A stretch of 63,818 nt of DNA, the filler included, from Octopus bimaculoides (taxonomy: Eukaryota): assembly GCF_001194135.2 (NCBI RefSeq). It is 7 parts of 6 records of this genome, joined end to end, with 100 filler letters (N's around TTAATTAATTAA, not from the genome) between each part and the next. Parts side by side here need not be neighbours in the genome. Positions count along the whole stretch, not along the records: positions 1 to 12,896 come from NC_068986.1; 6 more parts are not named here. The stretch is one strand, 5' to 3'. How positions within the stretch are numbered: the stretch's first letter is position 1; every line of letters starts with the position of its first letter. Shown in pieces: positions 1 through 12,896 of this stretch. The notes beneath the pieces are model-generated. The model saw only the letters and a list, made by a program, of their open reading frames with translations. It was not told the DNA's origin and did not search any database. A program made the position numbers and the translations under genes.

Positions 1-40
1 ATGCACAGTTTGCTAGCATGGTCGAATTTACTACTGGAAT

Positions 41-100
41 ATCGTATTGATGAAGGAAATTGAGTATTTATCACTCATAATCCAGAAACGCGTCTACGAT
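41..100 (+). ncRNA. Minimal type I hammerhead ribozyme-like fold (Penelope-type), slightly degenerate
   Basis: Stem I ATCGTA(41-46)/TACGAT(95-100). Core TTGATGA (47-53, C3 to U). Stem II GGA..TGAGT/ACTCA..TCC. GAAAC at 85-89, palindromic stem III ACGCGT, GUC triplet at 92-94. Confidence 0.55.
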
Positions 101-1169
101 TAACTTCGTAATGGTTAGTTTTCATTGTTTTTTTTCTTCTTGTTTTTGCCTTTGTGAGTTACAAGTAATGCTATCTGTTGGAGTCTCAGCTTTTTTAGCT
201 GCTATTTCTAAACTTCGGGATATGGTGAAGCAAATATTTGCTGATCCCTTAATTATGTTTATATATATATATATATATATATATATTACATACAAGCTTG
301 AAATAATATAGGCCTATTCATGACTACGTAAACAGCTGGATATTTGTATCTAAACTAATAATCAGGCTCCACGCCCTAATTATATGCATGATTTTTAAAA
401 ACATAACAGTCACGAATTTTCGAGGAAAGGCAATGAGCCGATGTAAAAATGCATGCTTCTCTTCTTACCATAGGCACAAGGCCACAGGTATGGAAAGAGG
501 ATATAGTAAATTAGAAGTTACACTGACTACAGTACTTGACTGCTATTATTTTATTTTATTTTATTTTACCGACCCTCATATCATTAATGAAGTGAACGGG
601 CTTCGACACGAAGATAACCATCTTATATTTCAACACAACCTGAAAGTTGTAAAGCTTTTCATATCTTACTCGTGAAACAAGTCGCATTGTAAAACTCAAT
701 GGCCCCAGAGATCAAATAAATACACACAAACTTTTTATTGCTGGTTGTTGTTTGAGCCCAGGCCAACTCTGCTCAAGCTGACTTATGATCAAAGATATTT
801 CCAGCCGTAGTCAGGCCCATTTTCCCTTTGTGGAGGAAACTCAAGATCACTTTATCCAATATATCCATTTTCAAAACTACGAAGTGTGATTTGCGGGAGA
901 CGTGACTACTATTTGTAGCTAGTCGAAGGACCACGTATAGACTCCCTTGTTAACGCATGTATTGCTGAAGTTGTATATAGAGAGATAGATGAATGAACGT
1001 ATATTGTTATTAAACTATGAACAAAACTCCAGTATCGTAAGTCCTGCAGGGTTTTCGTGGACGTTATTTCGAGCAATACGTACACAAATTACATATACGT
1101 GTGTTGACGTAAGTACTTTTAAATCAAAAGCGGGGGCATACAATACACACACACACATACACACATAGA

Positions 1170-1218
<49 letters not shown>

Positions 1219-1301
1219 GCATACAATATGCATTCATACATACATATATACGTACACACATACACAAGTTCATCAATTTGGATAAATGCTACGGGGAGAG
1301 T

Positions 1302-1340
1302 GGAATCTGACGTTTCGGAATCGATCCTTCATCTGCGAGA
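1302..1340 (-). ncRNA. Degenerate minimal hammerhead-like motif
   Basis: The minus strand reads CAGATGA-A-GGA tcgat TCC-GAAAC-GTC-AGA. The core has U4 to A and stem I is poor. Confidence 0.3.
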
Positions 1341-2357
1341 AATAAAAGGCTTTTTAACTGAACTTTTCAGCTGATCTTCAAATGAAATACCTCCTACCTC
1401 CCCCCCTATATCACATTTCAGACCCAAAACAGCAGATTCTTCTCACCCACAACATACAAACTTATCCATTACCAGCACAAGACCACCACTGGGTTCCTCA
1501 GACTTCCTTCTCTGGCACACACACACACACACATGTATATACGCGCGCACAAACACACACACACACACACATATTTATATATGTATATGCACGCACATAA
1601 ACATACACATTTACAAATATGTCCACTTATATACACACACGCATACACATGTATACACACATATGCAGATATATTTATGCACGCATATTACATCCATTGC
1701 TATACATATACTCATAAATATGTCTGTATAAGTGCGAGCTTGCATAGCGATATGTTTTTTTGTATTTGTTTGTTTTCTTTTGTTTTTGTCTTGTTTTTGT
1801 GTTTGTTTTTTGTTGTGAAACCATAGAACTGTCATAATTACTAACATGTATACAAAACACAATGATTGGTAAATACACACATACGCAAAGGCGTCTCCGT
1901 CAGTTTAGAAGATGAGGCCTCCATTTGTTCGATGAAATCACTTAATCATTGAATTATAGTGCAAGTGGCCGAGTATTCCACATGCATGTGTACTATTACT
2001 CTTAACGTAGTCTTTGGGAAGAATTACTGTGATAGTGGGGCGACAAAGTTGGCCCTTTGACTAACAGATATTGCCCATCTAACGGACTTTGCAGTGTCTG
2101 TCTACGCGCTTTCATTCCAAAGAGTTAAGTCGACCCGAAGCTATAACAAAAAAAAAAAAAAACCCAAGATGCCATGCACTAGGGGATCGAACCAGAGATC
2201 GCGCGATTGCGAAGCGAATTTCTTAATGACTTGGCCATGCTTTACACTTTCACACATAAGAGATTCATTAAATACCTTATGTATACATACATGACACATG
2301 TATATACGTGACACACACACACACACACACATGATAGAAGTACACAATACATAAAAG

Positions 2358-2394
<37 letters not shown>

Positions 2395-4270
2395 GCATTA
2401 AAAGATAAATAAATACAAAGTGGTATATATACACACAACCTACATATATAGCTGGCATATATACATATATAATACACACACGCACACAGACACTTAACTG
2501 GTGAGCATAGCGACCCTCGTCACTTAACTGATTGACATACTCTATTGTAAAACTATCTAATATAAACCAACAGCCTTACATTTTCAGGGATGAAAGAAAG
2601 CATTGTGATTCTCATGCCTTTCCCAAACACATAAACACCATATATACATATATAAACAACACTCACACGCGGCGTTCAGAATACAGTTACGTATGTATTG
2701 ATACTTACCTCGATGCAGGGCTTGTATTATTAAAACTATGTCGCAGTGTAAATCTTGATAATCCATAGTTAAATCCTAAAAGTTAATCCGATAGAGAGGA
2801 AATGGCTTGAGAGAGTCTGTTATGTATATAGCTATATCTATTATGTTATACATACATACATATATACATCTATAGATTTATATACGCGTGTGTGGTTGTT
2901 TGCGTGTGCGTGTGTAGATACGCTGAGCTTCTAGGTTAGTCTGTGCGTATATATATATATATATATATAAGTATGTATATTAGTGTATATCTGTATCCAA
3001 GGTTAATTCCCCGCCCTAGTCACCAATTCAGCTTTGTCTAAGCAATGTAGTTCAACCTCATCTGCCTTGAATAGATAAAAAAAGAAAACAGAAATTACAA
3101 TATATTATTCCAATGTTAGACAACACAGCACCAACACCAACGATTTTTGTATATAACTGTGCTTCTTTGGCTGGCTCGGAGCCACAACTTCGAAAACTGG
3201 ACCTACTTGGTTAACTTTCTTAACAAACCTTATTGTTTTACAGTTAACTTCTTATCTAAACAGGTCCTTTTAAGTTATTCTTTTAAACTACACAGTAGAT
3301 ATTCCAATGAGAGGCGGGGATTCCTTGTACACACAGAACAACCCATTCACTTGCGACCTCCTTCCTTCTTGCTCACGTTTACACAAACATTCTCAGTCTT
3401 TCTCCGTCCGTTTATATTCTTCTCTTTGATTTCTCTCTTTCTCTCTCTATCTCTATCTATCTATCTATTTGTTTTTCCCTGGCTTTGATCTTTCATCTCT
3501 CTATGTCTCTTTGCTATTCTTCTTTCTTTACTTCTCTCTCTCTCACGCACATACACACCCTCACACACTTTCTCTTACGCACACACTCACACACACACTC
3601 TCTCTCTCTTTCTCGGTGTGTGTCTTCGTCCGTTTGAATTCTTCTTTATCTTCGATTCTGCCTTTCTCTTTCTTTTCCTCACTCTTTTTTTCTATATCTT
3701 TCACCGTTTCTATTTTCTATTTTTTTAATTTTTTTTTGCATCTGCCCCTCTCTTTCTCTCTTTTCTCTCTTCCCTTCTGCCTTTTCCCGTCCTTTTGTAT
3801 TTTTCTTTGTCTTTGATTAGGCCTTTCTTTCTCTTGCTATATGTTTTTTTCCTTTTTCCTTTTGTTTATATTCTCTATCATTGATTCTCTCTCTTCTCTC
3901 TCTACTTTTCTCTCCCCCCAAACACACATATATTGTCTCCCTATGATAAAGCCTTTCTCACCCTCTCTCTGATTCTATCCGTCACTTTGTATTCTTCTCT
4001 CTATTTGCCTGTCTTCTGTTTATGTTTCTAACGACTTCTCACACAACTTTGCCTGTCTGTTTATCTAATCTTTTATTTTCCGCAGTTCATCTTTCGTCGT
4101 CAAGTGAACCAAACTTATGTTAGGTCAACAAACAACAGCCTCTCGAAACGGAAGAGCTTCGGAAATGGATGAAACGATTTCGTAGGAAGGACCTACGACA
4201 ACCTTACGTAATGAGATAGAGAGAGAGAGAGAGAGAGAGAGATGCAGTTACACAGACATACAACATGCAA

Positions 4271-4330
<60 letters not shown>

Positions 4331-4772
4331 GTGTATATATGCATGCATACATATTTGTGTAAAGAGAAAACTGTTTTTTAAACATTAAATATGTGAGGAG
4401 AGGTGCGGATGCATAGCTTAGTGTTCAAGGTGGCTGACTTACCATCATAAGATTCTAGGTTCAGTTCCTGTATCGGGAAGCACACTGTATTCTTATGCAC
4501 AACAATTCATTCTTCATTACTCCAGTCTAATTCATTGTAATAAGTACCAGCCAGAGTACTAGTACAGCTCTTTCTTCCGCCAGCTGTCACATCCTTCGTA
4601 CTTCACTGAGTCCAGGGTGAGGGGAACAGGAGGGTGGCTATGTTTACACGCAGACATCAGTGAATGGTTAAGAAGTTCACTTTGCAACCGCATGTCTTTA
4701 GGTTCAGTCCCAATGTATAGCGTCTTGGATGAGTGATTACAACAATCACCCTTTGTGAGGGAATATGGTGGC

Positions 4773-4881
<109 letters not shown>

Positions 4882-4899
4882 GATCGATCGATCGATCTC

Positions 4900-4932
<33 letters not shown>

Positions 4933-5546
4933 ATAATCAAATTAAATTAAATATNNNNNNNNNNNNNNNNNNNNNNNNNNNNNNNNNNNNNNNNNNNNNN
5001 NNNNNNNNNNNNNNNNNNNNNNNNNNNNNNNNNNNNNNNNNNNNNNNNNNNNNNNNNNNNNNNNNNNNNNNNNNNNNNNNNNNNNNNNNNNNNNNNNNNN
5101 NNNNNNNNNNNNNNNNNNNNNNNNNNNNNNNNNNNNNNNNNNNNNNNNNNNNNNNNNNNNNNNNNNNNNNNNNNNNNNNNNNNNNNNNNNNNNNNNNNNN
5201 NNNNNNNNNNNNNNNNNNNNNNNNNNNNNNNNNNNNNNNNNNNNNNNNNNNNNNNNNNNNNNNNNNNNNNNNNNNNNNNNNNNNNNNNNNNNNNNNNNNN
5301 NNNNNNNNNNNNNNNNNNNNNNNNNNNNNNNNNNNNNNNNNNNNNNNNNNNNNNNNNNNNNNNNNNNNNNNNNNNNNNNNNNNNNNNNNNNNNNNNNNNN
5401 NNNNNNNNNNNNNNNNNNNNNNNNNNNNNNNNNNNNNNNNNNNNNNNNNNNNNNGTTTATACTACACACATACATACATACAACTGCTTACAAAAATAGA
5501 GATTAACGTATTAACGTTCATAATTTTTTCTTAACAATATTGAAAG

Positions 5547-7195
5547 ATGCCACCAAAAAGATGTTATCTCTCCAAAAACAACTATAAAACAAGGAGGATT
5601 GTAGAAAACTGAAGGCAAGAGTCTCAAGCGAAAAAGGAGGTGAGACTTTCTCAAGATCTGCAAATGCATGCTGCAACATATCAAATGGAGTCTCAAGAGA
5701 GAAGAGAAATGAAACTTTCTCAACATCAGCAAAGGCATGCTGCAGCATGTCAGATGGAGTCTCAATACAGCAGGGAGATGAGACTTTCCCAAAATCAACA
5801 GCACGTCAAATGGAGTCTCAAGAGAGAAGGGAAATGAAATTTCCCCACGATCAGCAAACGTATGCTGCAGCTCATCAAATGGAGTCTCAAGAGAAAAAGG
5901 AGATGAAACTTTCCCATGATCAGCAAACGTATGTTGTAGCACATCAAATGGAGTCTCACAACAGAAGCGAGATGAGACCTTCTCAACATTAGCAAAGGCA
6001 TGCTACAGCACATTTCATGAAGTCTCAATGCAGAAGGGGAATGAAACTTTCCCAAGATCATGAAATGCAAGCTGCAGTCAAATAGAGTCTCAAGAGAGAA
6101 GGGAGATGACACTTTCTCAAGATCAGCAAATGCATGCTGCAACACNNNNNNNNNNNNNNNNNNNNNNNNNNNNNNNNNNNNNNNNNNNNNNNNNNNNNNN
6201 NNNNNNNNNNNNNNNNNNNNNNNNNNNNNNNNNNNNNNNNNNNNNNNNNNNNNNNNNNNNNNNNNNNNNNNNNNNNNNNNNNNNNNNNNNNNNNNNNNNN
6301 NNNNNNNNNNNNNNNNNNNNNNNNNNNNNNNNNNNNNNNNNNNNNNNNNNNNNNNNNNNNNNNNNNNNNNNNNNNNNNNNNNNNNNNNNNNNNNNNNNNN
6401 NNNNNNNNNNNNNNNNNNNNNNNNNNNNNNNNNNNNNNNNNNNNNNNNNNNNNNNNNNNNNNNNNNNNNNNNNNNNNNNNNNNNNNNNNNNNNNNNNNNN
6501 NNNNNNNNNNNNNNNNNNNNNNNNNNNNNNNNNNNNNNNNNNNNNNNNNNNNNNNNNNNNNNNNNNNNNNNNNNNNNNNNNNNNNNNNNNNNNNNNNNNN
6601 NNNNNNNNNNNNNNNNNNNNNNNNNNNNNNNNNNNNNNNNNNNNNNNNNNNNNNNNNNNNNNNNNNNNNNNNNNNNNNNNNNNNNNNNNNNNNNNNNNNN
6701 NNNNNNNNNNNNNNNNNNNNNNNNNNNNNNNNNNNNNNNNNNNNNNNNNNNNNNNNNNNNNNNNNNNNNNNNNNNNNNNNNNNNNNNNNNNNNNNNNNNN
6801 NNNNNNNNNNNNNNNNNNNNNNNNNNNNNNNNNNNNNNNNNNNNNNNNNNAGAGAGAAGGGAGATGACACTTTCTCAAGATCAGCAAATGCATGCTGCAA
6901 CACATCAGATGGAGTCTCAATACAGAAGGGAGATGCGACTTTCCCAAAATTTCAAAATGACACTAATGGCATGCGCTGCTCAGGCAGTAAGGTAAGATCG
7001 CCAGCACTACTAGCTCTTCCTAAACCTCTTATAGATCTTCAGGAAGGCACTTCCATCCAGTCAAAAGATTTTCTTAATAATATTAGACAATACAACTCTG
7101 CATTTCAAATGAGGCCGTTTAGTACATCTAAGGAGATAGTAGAACATGGATTTATGCCAATGTTCAAAGTTCAATGTAAAAAAGGGTGTTACTGA
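5547..7195 (+). mobile_element. Helitron RepHel 5' fragment (pseudogenised, 3'-truncated)
   Basis: ATG at 5547 (MPPKRCYLSKN...) leads into 23-aa repeats. After the gap, KFQNDTNGMRCSGSKVRSPALLALPKPLIDLQEGTSIQSKDFLNNIRQYNSAFQMRPFSTSKEIVEHGFMPMFKVQ matches the Helitron-associated N-terminal block (MCC..GKV.LP...FL.NIR.YNSAFQMTSFG...FMPTFKVQG). There are in-frame stops and a frameshift near 6950. Confidence 0.85.
5619..6950 (+). repeat. 69-bp (23-codon) coding minisatellite, consensus ESQERREMRLSQDQQMHAATHQM, spanning a 705-N gap
   Basis: Unit gagtctcaagagagaagggagatgacactttctcaagatcagcaaatgcatgctgcaacacatcaaatg recurs about 7.5 times before the gap (6146-6850) and about 1.5 times after it. Confidence 0.92.
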
Positions 7196-7488
7196 CTGGG
7201 AGATTTTTATGGTAGCAGAAAAGGTATTTTAACTACTATTTCTAAATTTGGTGCATGGCAAAGCAATTAGCTGACTCCTGATTATAATTATGCTTATAAT
7301 TATAGAGTATTTGTATAATTTTACCTAAAAAGGTTATTTTAATGTACCAAACTACTTATTAAAACTATTAATTATTAATTGATTAATTAATTAATTTTAC
7401 CCTTTTATTATCATTGAAATATATATATATATATATTATACATATGCATCTATCTATCTATCTATCTATTTATCTATCTATCTATATA

Positions 7489-7527
<39 letters not shown>

Positions 7528-7685
7528 TCATCATCATTTAAAGTTTGTTTTCCGGATGGTTTGTCCAGAGCTAGTAAGGCCAAGGGCTGCACTAAGCTCC
7601 ATCGTTTCTTCTGGTATGGTTTCTATGGCTGGATGCCCTTCCTAATGCCAACCACTCCAGAAAGTGTAGTGGGTGNNNNNNNNNN

Positions 7686-7729
<44 letters not shown>

Positions 7730-8204
7730 CACACACTCACACACACACATATACATACATACACACATGCACAAACACACACATGCACACACACATGCAC
7801 ACACACACACACACACACACATATATACACTCATACATACGTATAAGTGTGTATGTGTATATGTACATTTATAAGTATCTATTAATAAGAATACATATCA
7901 ATAGATACTTATGATCAATATGACAGAGTCAATAGTGGTCAATAGAAGTTTCACTTATAGTAATTAGAGCAGGTTATGATGCTTGGTTGTTGTAAAGATA
8001 GCAGAATTGTTGGTAATTGTAGTAATGATGGTTGTGGAGGTGGGGCCGTGGCGGCAGCTGGGGATACCTGCTATAATGTCTTTGATGCTTCCAAAATATT
8101 GATTTCAATTATCATTCACATATAACATAAATAACACAATATATATACCTCATTCGGTGTGTGTGTGTGTGTGTATGTGTGCGCGCGTGTTTGTGTATGT
8201 ATGA

Positions 8205-8291
<87 letters not shown>

Positions 8292-8594
8292 TGGATGTAT
8301 GTATACATGTGTGTGTGTGTGTGAACTTGTGCATATGTATGTGTGCATGTTTATGAGTGGCTGTTTGGATGTGTGTTTGTGCACCAGCTGATGTCTTTGA
8401 TGTCAAGATACATCGACAGCTCAGCTCCATGTTACTCCAGCTTTCAGTTAAATTAAAATTGCTCATACAAAGGATCAGGATTCATAAACACATTTCTGTC
8501 CGGTCTCAACAGATTTTCTATACTCATCAAATCAATACAAACTACCTACAGCTTTCTTCTTGCTCCTTACTTAAACACACACATATATATATAT

Positions 8595-8974
8595 GTTCGC
8601 ACTCCGTCGCTTACGATGTCGAGGGTTCCAGTTGATCCGATCAACGGAACAGCCTGCTCATGAAATTAACGTGCAAGTGGCTGAGTACTCCACAGACACG
8701 TGTACCCTTAACGTAGTTCTCGGGGATATTCAGCGTGACACAGTGTGACAAGGCTGGCCCCTTTGAATTACAGGCACAACAGAAACAGGAAGTAAGAGTG
8801 AGAGAAAGTTGTGGTGAAAGAATACAGCAGGGTTCACCACCATCCCCTGCTGGAGCCTCGTGGAGTTTTAGGTGTTTTCGCTCAGTAAACACTCACAACG
8901 TCTGGTTTGGGAATCGAAACCGCGATCCTATGACCGCGAGTCTGCTGCCCTAACCACTGGGCCATTGCGCCTCC
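8595..8974 (-). mobile_element. tRNA-headed SINE, family C (full length)
   Basis: Minus-strand head ggaggcgcaatggcccagtggttagggcagc...ggtttcgattccc has Pol III A and B boxes. A highly similar copy lies at 44146-44531. Confidence 0.85.
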
Positions 8975-9639
8975 ACACACACATATATATATATGTGTGT
9001 CATTTGCTTTGCATCAAGAGAGAAATCTTTTCACTGCCAATGCAATATGAACTCCTAATACCTTTTTCACTCCTCAATCATTAGAGTATCAAGCAAAATG
9101 TCTGATGGTGTTTTTTCCAGATCTTTCAGTTCTGATTTACTACCATCTTTCATTTCTTTAACTTCTCTCTCCTTTAAGGGTCTCTGTTCTATTGAAAGTT
9201 TTGGTGGTTTTCATTAATATGCTGACTTTTAACCCTGGCTTTAAGCAACAATGGAAAGCCAGACACAGCATTGCTTTCTTTCTTTTTCTTTTTTTTTTTC
9301 TTGAATTTGGTCAGTTTCTGCTTTTGATCTATGTTTATAAAATCACTGAGAATTTCTTTACTACTTTTAGTGCTGGTTGGACGTCTAATGGGTAGAGATT
9401 TATTGAAAGCCATGTTTGAATAAGAAACATTATCAGCCCTGATTCAACAAACACAGAATACTGCATGGTAAACCATGTAGTATTCTGTGTTCTAACGCAA
9501 CTTCCATGTTAAGTTGGGGATTAAGATTACTTTGTAGTATTAATGCTGCTTCTGTCACTATTAATCATTTTTTAATTAGCCCACTGGCTATTTGCAACAC
9601 CAGTGCCTGAACAGATACTGAGATTTTATATATCATTGG

Positions 9640-9860
9640 TGGGAGATTCACCCGTTATCAGGTTGCTGGATAGTGTTGAAAGAGTGCATATGGAGGTCAA
9701 GAATGGAAGATTTTGTGACAGGGTCCTATATATCCGGCCTCGGTTTGCTGACTTACTTCAGATATCATCTGAAAAGCAAGATGGGGCTGGAAAAGAGGAC
9801 ATTGTCAGCTAGAGTATATGAGCAAAGATGGAAGGAAGTGATGAAAAAGGTGGGTGCTAG
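9640..9860 (+). mobile_element. Degenerate L1/Tx1-clade ORF2 C-terminal fragment
   Basis: KECIWRSRMEDFVTGSYISGLGLLTYFRYHLKSKMGLEKRTLSARVYEQRW aligns to KEVIRWTRLEGMRTETFLFGKALIDFFKLHLERKVRLEREVLSSSEFMKTW of the 26203-27013 element. Confidence 0.55.
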
Positions 9861-9914
9861 TTACCCAAATTAACCATCGAAGAAATAAAAAGTGATCTGC
9901 TGGGCCGTATAGGC

Positions 9915-10133
9915 TGCTCGGCTGGAGAATGTAAAGTTAGCATTCCGGCAGAAATGCTTAGCAGTATTTCGTCTGTCTTTAAGTTCAGAATTCAAATTCC
10001 ACCGAGGTCGACTTTGCCTTTCATCCTTTCGGGGTTGATAAATTAAGTACCAGTTGCATACTGGGATCGATCTGATCAACTGGCTCCCTCTCCCAAAATT
10101 TTGGGCCCTGTGCCTAGAGTAGAAAAAAATATT
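9915..10133 (+). mobile_element. SINE family B copy
   Basis: Core ttcaaattccaccgaggtcgactttgcctttcatcctttcggggttgataaattaagtaccag is shared with many copies in the window. Confidence 0.8.
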
Positions 10134-10216
10134 GCTTTTGTTGGTAAGAGGAGACATGAGGGACAGAAAGTTATCGAAGAGGTCACGAATGTGTGGTGAA
10201 AGAACTCTGACAAATA

Positions 10217-10260
<44 letters not shown>

Positions 10261-10334
10261 GTTGTCTCTAGAGGCCTCTGGGTGAGACTTGTAAAGCAAA
10301 AGTCAAACATAAAATAATAATAATAATAATAATC

Positions 10335-10545
10335 CTTTTTACTATAGGCACAAGGCCAGGAATTTGTGAGGAGGGGGATAGACGATCACATCGACCCCAG
10401 TACTTGACTGGTTCTTAATTTATTGACCCCGAAAGGATGAAAGGCAAAGTCGACCTCAGCGGAATTTGAACTCAGAACATAACAATGGGTGAATTATCAC
10501 TAAGCATTTTGTCGAATATGCTAATGATTCTACCAGCTGACAACT
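10335..10545 (-). mobile_element. SINE family B copy (inverted relative to 9915-10133)
   Basis: Reverse complement of the family B core (aggatgaaaggcaaagtcgacctcagcggaatttgaactcagaac). Confidence 0.8.
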
Positions 10546-10580
10546 TTAATAATAATAACAATAATAATTATAATAATAAT

Positions 10581-10985
10581 TGTACCTAGACCCTCAGCAC
10601 TACACACTGTCCAAAAAATAGTCCTCCTAGGAAAGGGCCACATCTTACACAAGTCACTATCAATCCAATAATACAACCTAAACAAAACAACCCACAAATA
10701 CAAGACACACTCTATACAGCATTTACCCAGTGAAATAAACTCCCACCAGCAATCCAGAAGACCAAAGCATTACACAGTCAACATTCAATACAAGCGGTAA
10801 CACAACAAAAGACTGCACCACACCACAAGAGGAAAGAAAAACTAACACAATACAATACTAAGAAGAGTTAGCACACTCCCAATGGCAGAAAGGAACACAA
10901 AATGCTGTACACACCCCAGCAACATTAAGTGTAGCAAGTAATGCAGTAGAAATTTGCCTAAAACTATCAAATGTTGAACAATTAT
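10581..10985 (+). mobile_element. Dong/R4-type LINE 3' end (ORF C-terminus plus 3' UTR) between TAA tracts
   Basis: VQKIVLLGKGHILHKSLSIQ* (stop 10669-10671) resembles the R4/Dong terminal motif QK..LLGTAHILRK.LS. Both sides carry taataa repeats. Confidence 0.6.
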
Positions 10986-11062
10986 ATAATAATAATGATA
11001 AAGTGAAGATCAAATAGTGCATGTGTCTGATTGGCAAAAGATGACCATCCCCAAATATAACA

Positions 11063-11102
<40 letters not shown>

Positions 11103-11115
11103 ATACATGTATATA

Positions 11116-11552
11116 GGCGCAGGAGTGACTGTGTGGTAAGTAGCTTGCTTACCAACCACATGGTTCCGGGTTCAGTCCCACTGCATGGCATCTTGGGCAA
11201 GAGTCTTCTACTATAGCCTCAGACTGACCAAAGCCTTGTGAGTGGATTTGGTAGATGGAAACTGAAAGAAGCCTGTCNNNNNNNNNNNNNNNNNNNNNNN
11301 NGTGTGTGTGTGCGTGTGTGTGTGCGTGTGTGTGTGTGTATGTTTGTGTGTCTGTGTTTGTCCCCACTAGCATTGCTTGACAACCAATGCTGGTGTGTTT
11401 ATGTCCCCGTCACTTAGCGGTTCGACAACAGAGACCGATAGAATAAGTACTAGGCTTACAAAGAATAAGTCCTGGGGCCGATTTGCTCAACTAAAGGTGG
11501 TGCTCCAGCATGGCCGCAGTAAAATGACTGAAACAAGTAAAAGAGTAAAGAG
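11116..11552 (+). mobile_element. tRNA-headed SINE, family A (full length, internal TG microsatellite and gap)
   Basis: Head ggcgcaggagtgactgtgtggtaag with B box ggttcagtccc, central cttgggcaagagtcttctactatagcc, tail gactgaaacaagtaaaagagtaaagag. Confidence 0.85.
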
Positions 11553-12440
11553 CATGGTCATATCAATAAGTATCCGAACTGTTGCCAAAGTAACGAAGCT
11601 ATAACATGCAGAGTGAAGCCACGTAGCACAGATTGACCTTGAAGTCTGCTGTGCATGCGCACTAAGTTTTAACATTCTAGCTTGCTTCTGCTGTTTACAG
11701 CAGTGCATGGAAGTAATGTGTGTAGCATGTGTTCGTTGCATTGGCCATGGTAGAGAAAAGTTGCGCAGACAATTTGCTTCAAATTTTGCCAAAAGCTTAG
11801 TCATACCTGTTCAGAGACCATTGCAAAGTTTTCAAAAAGTTTTCATCATTCTCAACACAATCAAGGTGAACTTGTGCAACTGAAACCCGGGTGTCTTTTT
11901 GGTCAGTTGAAAGTAGTTTTGGCACAAGTTCGGCAGACACACATCTCACAGACAAATCTTCAGTGACAATGGACTGAATTGAACCGTAACTAATGTGCAT
12001 CCTCTGGTAAAATCACTGATGGTGATTCAATGATTTCCTCTCACAGCTGCATGCACATCTGCAATGTTTTTCTTAGTTCTGCTGGTTGCAGGTCTCCCAA
12101 AACGTTTGTCACTATCAACACTTATTGGCCATCTTGGAAATGTCTGAATCACTTGTATACTTGTGTGCAGCTCATACACTCTTCTCCATTCACTTTCTGA
12201 AATTTTGCATAGGCTTCTGAGCAGTATCACCATGACAACTTTCTCTGTCATAATTAATGCGATGATCACACTTTACACATGTTACTTAGAAACACTGCTG
12301 TAAACAGTGGAAGAAAGCTAGAACATTAACACTTAGTGTAAATACAGAGCAGAGTTCAATCTGAGCCAAGCCACTTCACTCTGTGTGCTTTAGCTTCGTT
12401 ACTATAACAACAGTCTGGATACTTATTGATCAGACCTCAC
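11553..12440. mobile_element. Mariner-derived non-autonomous element built from two oppositely oriented 5' ends
   Basis: TIR-like ends ggtcatatcaataagtatccgaact and (reverse complement) gaggtctgatcaataagtatccagact. The minus strand encodes a mariner N-terminal region (GRPATSRTKKNIADVHAAV; ISYGSIQSIVTEDLSVRCVSAELVPKLLSTDQK). The plus-strand left arm encodes the same start (MVEKVAQTICFKFCQKLSHTCSETIAK, with a 1-nt frameshift). Confidence 0.75.
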
Positions 12441-12508
12441 ATATATATATATTCTTTTATTCTTTTATTCTTTTACTTGTTTCAGTCATTTTTGACTGCG
12501 GCCATGCT

Positions 12509-12896
12509 ACGTAAAGAGAGCCTGCCGTATGTCGACCCAATAGAGGGACCAGCTATCCGAGTTGATAGTACCAGGGTAGATAAAGCAATTAAGAGTATGA
12601 AGACCGGGAAAGCCCCCGGCCCATCAGGAATCACTGCAGAGATGCTCAAAATATCTGGCAGTGTTGGCTATAGCCTAGTCACTCGTATTACGAACCAGGT
12701 GATACACGAAGGAGTCATACCCAATGACTGGTGTAGCAGCATCATAGTCAACTGCTACAAAGGTAAAGGTGACGCTTTAGATACAAATAATTACAGAGGC
12801 ATCAAGCTGTTAGATCAAGTTATGAAAGTTACAGAGAGGGTCATAGCCCAACTAATTAGGGAGCGAATCAATTTAGATGAGATGCAGTTTGGGTTC
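12509..12896 (+). mobile_element. RTE-clade LINE reverse transcriptase N-terminal fragment (runs into gap)
   Basis: AIKSMKTGKAPGPSGITAEMLK...IPNDWCSSIIVNCYKGKGDALDTNNYRGIKLL...DEMQFGF are canonical RT domain 0-2 motifs of the RTE type. Confidence 0.9.

Noticed and set aside
4086-4210. Exon-like segment (ttttccgcag acceptor, later gtaatg donor-like site)
   Set aside because: All three frames stop within the segment and nothing is recognisable; it cannot be supported without RNA data.
8905-8974. tRNA-like sequences with A and B boxes (also 11116, 16633, 28251, 44460)
   Set aside because: They are SINE heads followed by family bodies and tails, with no complete acceptor stem; they are not tRNA genes.
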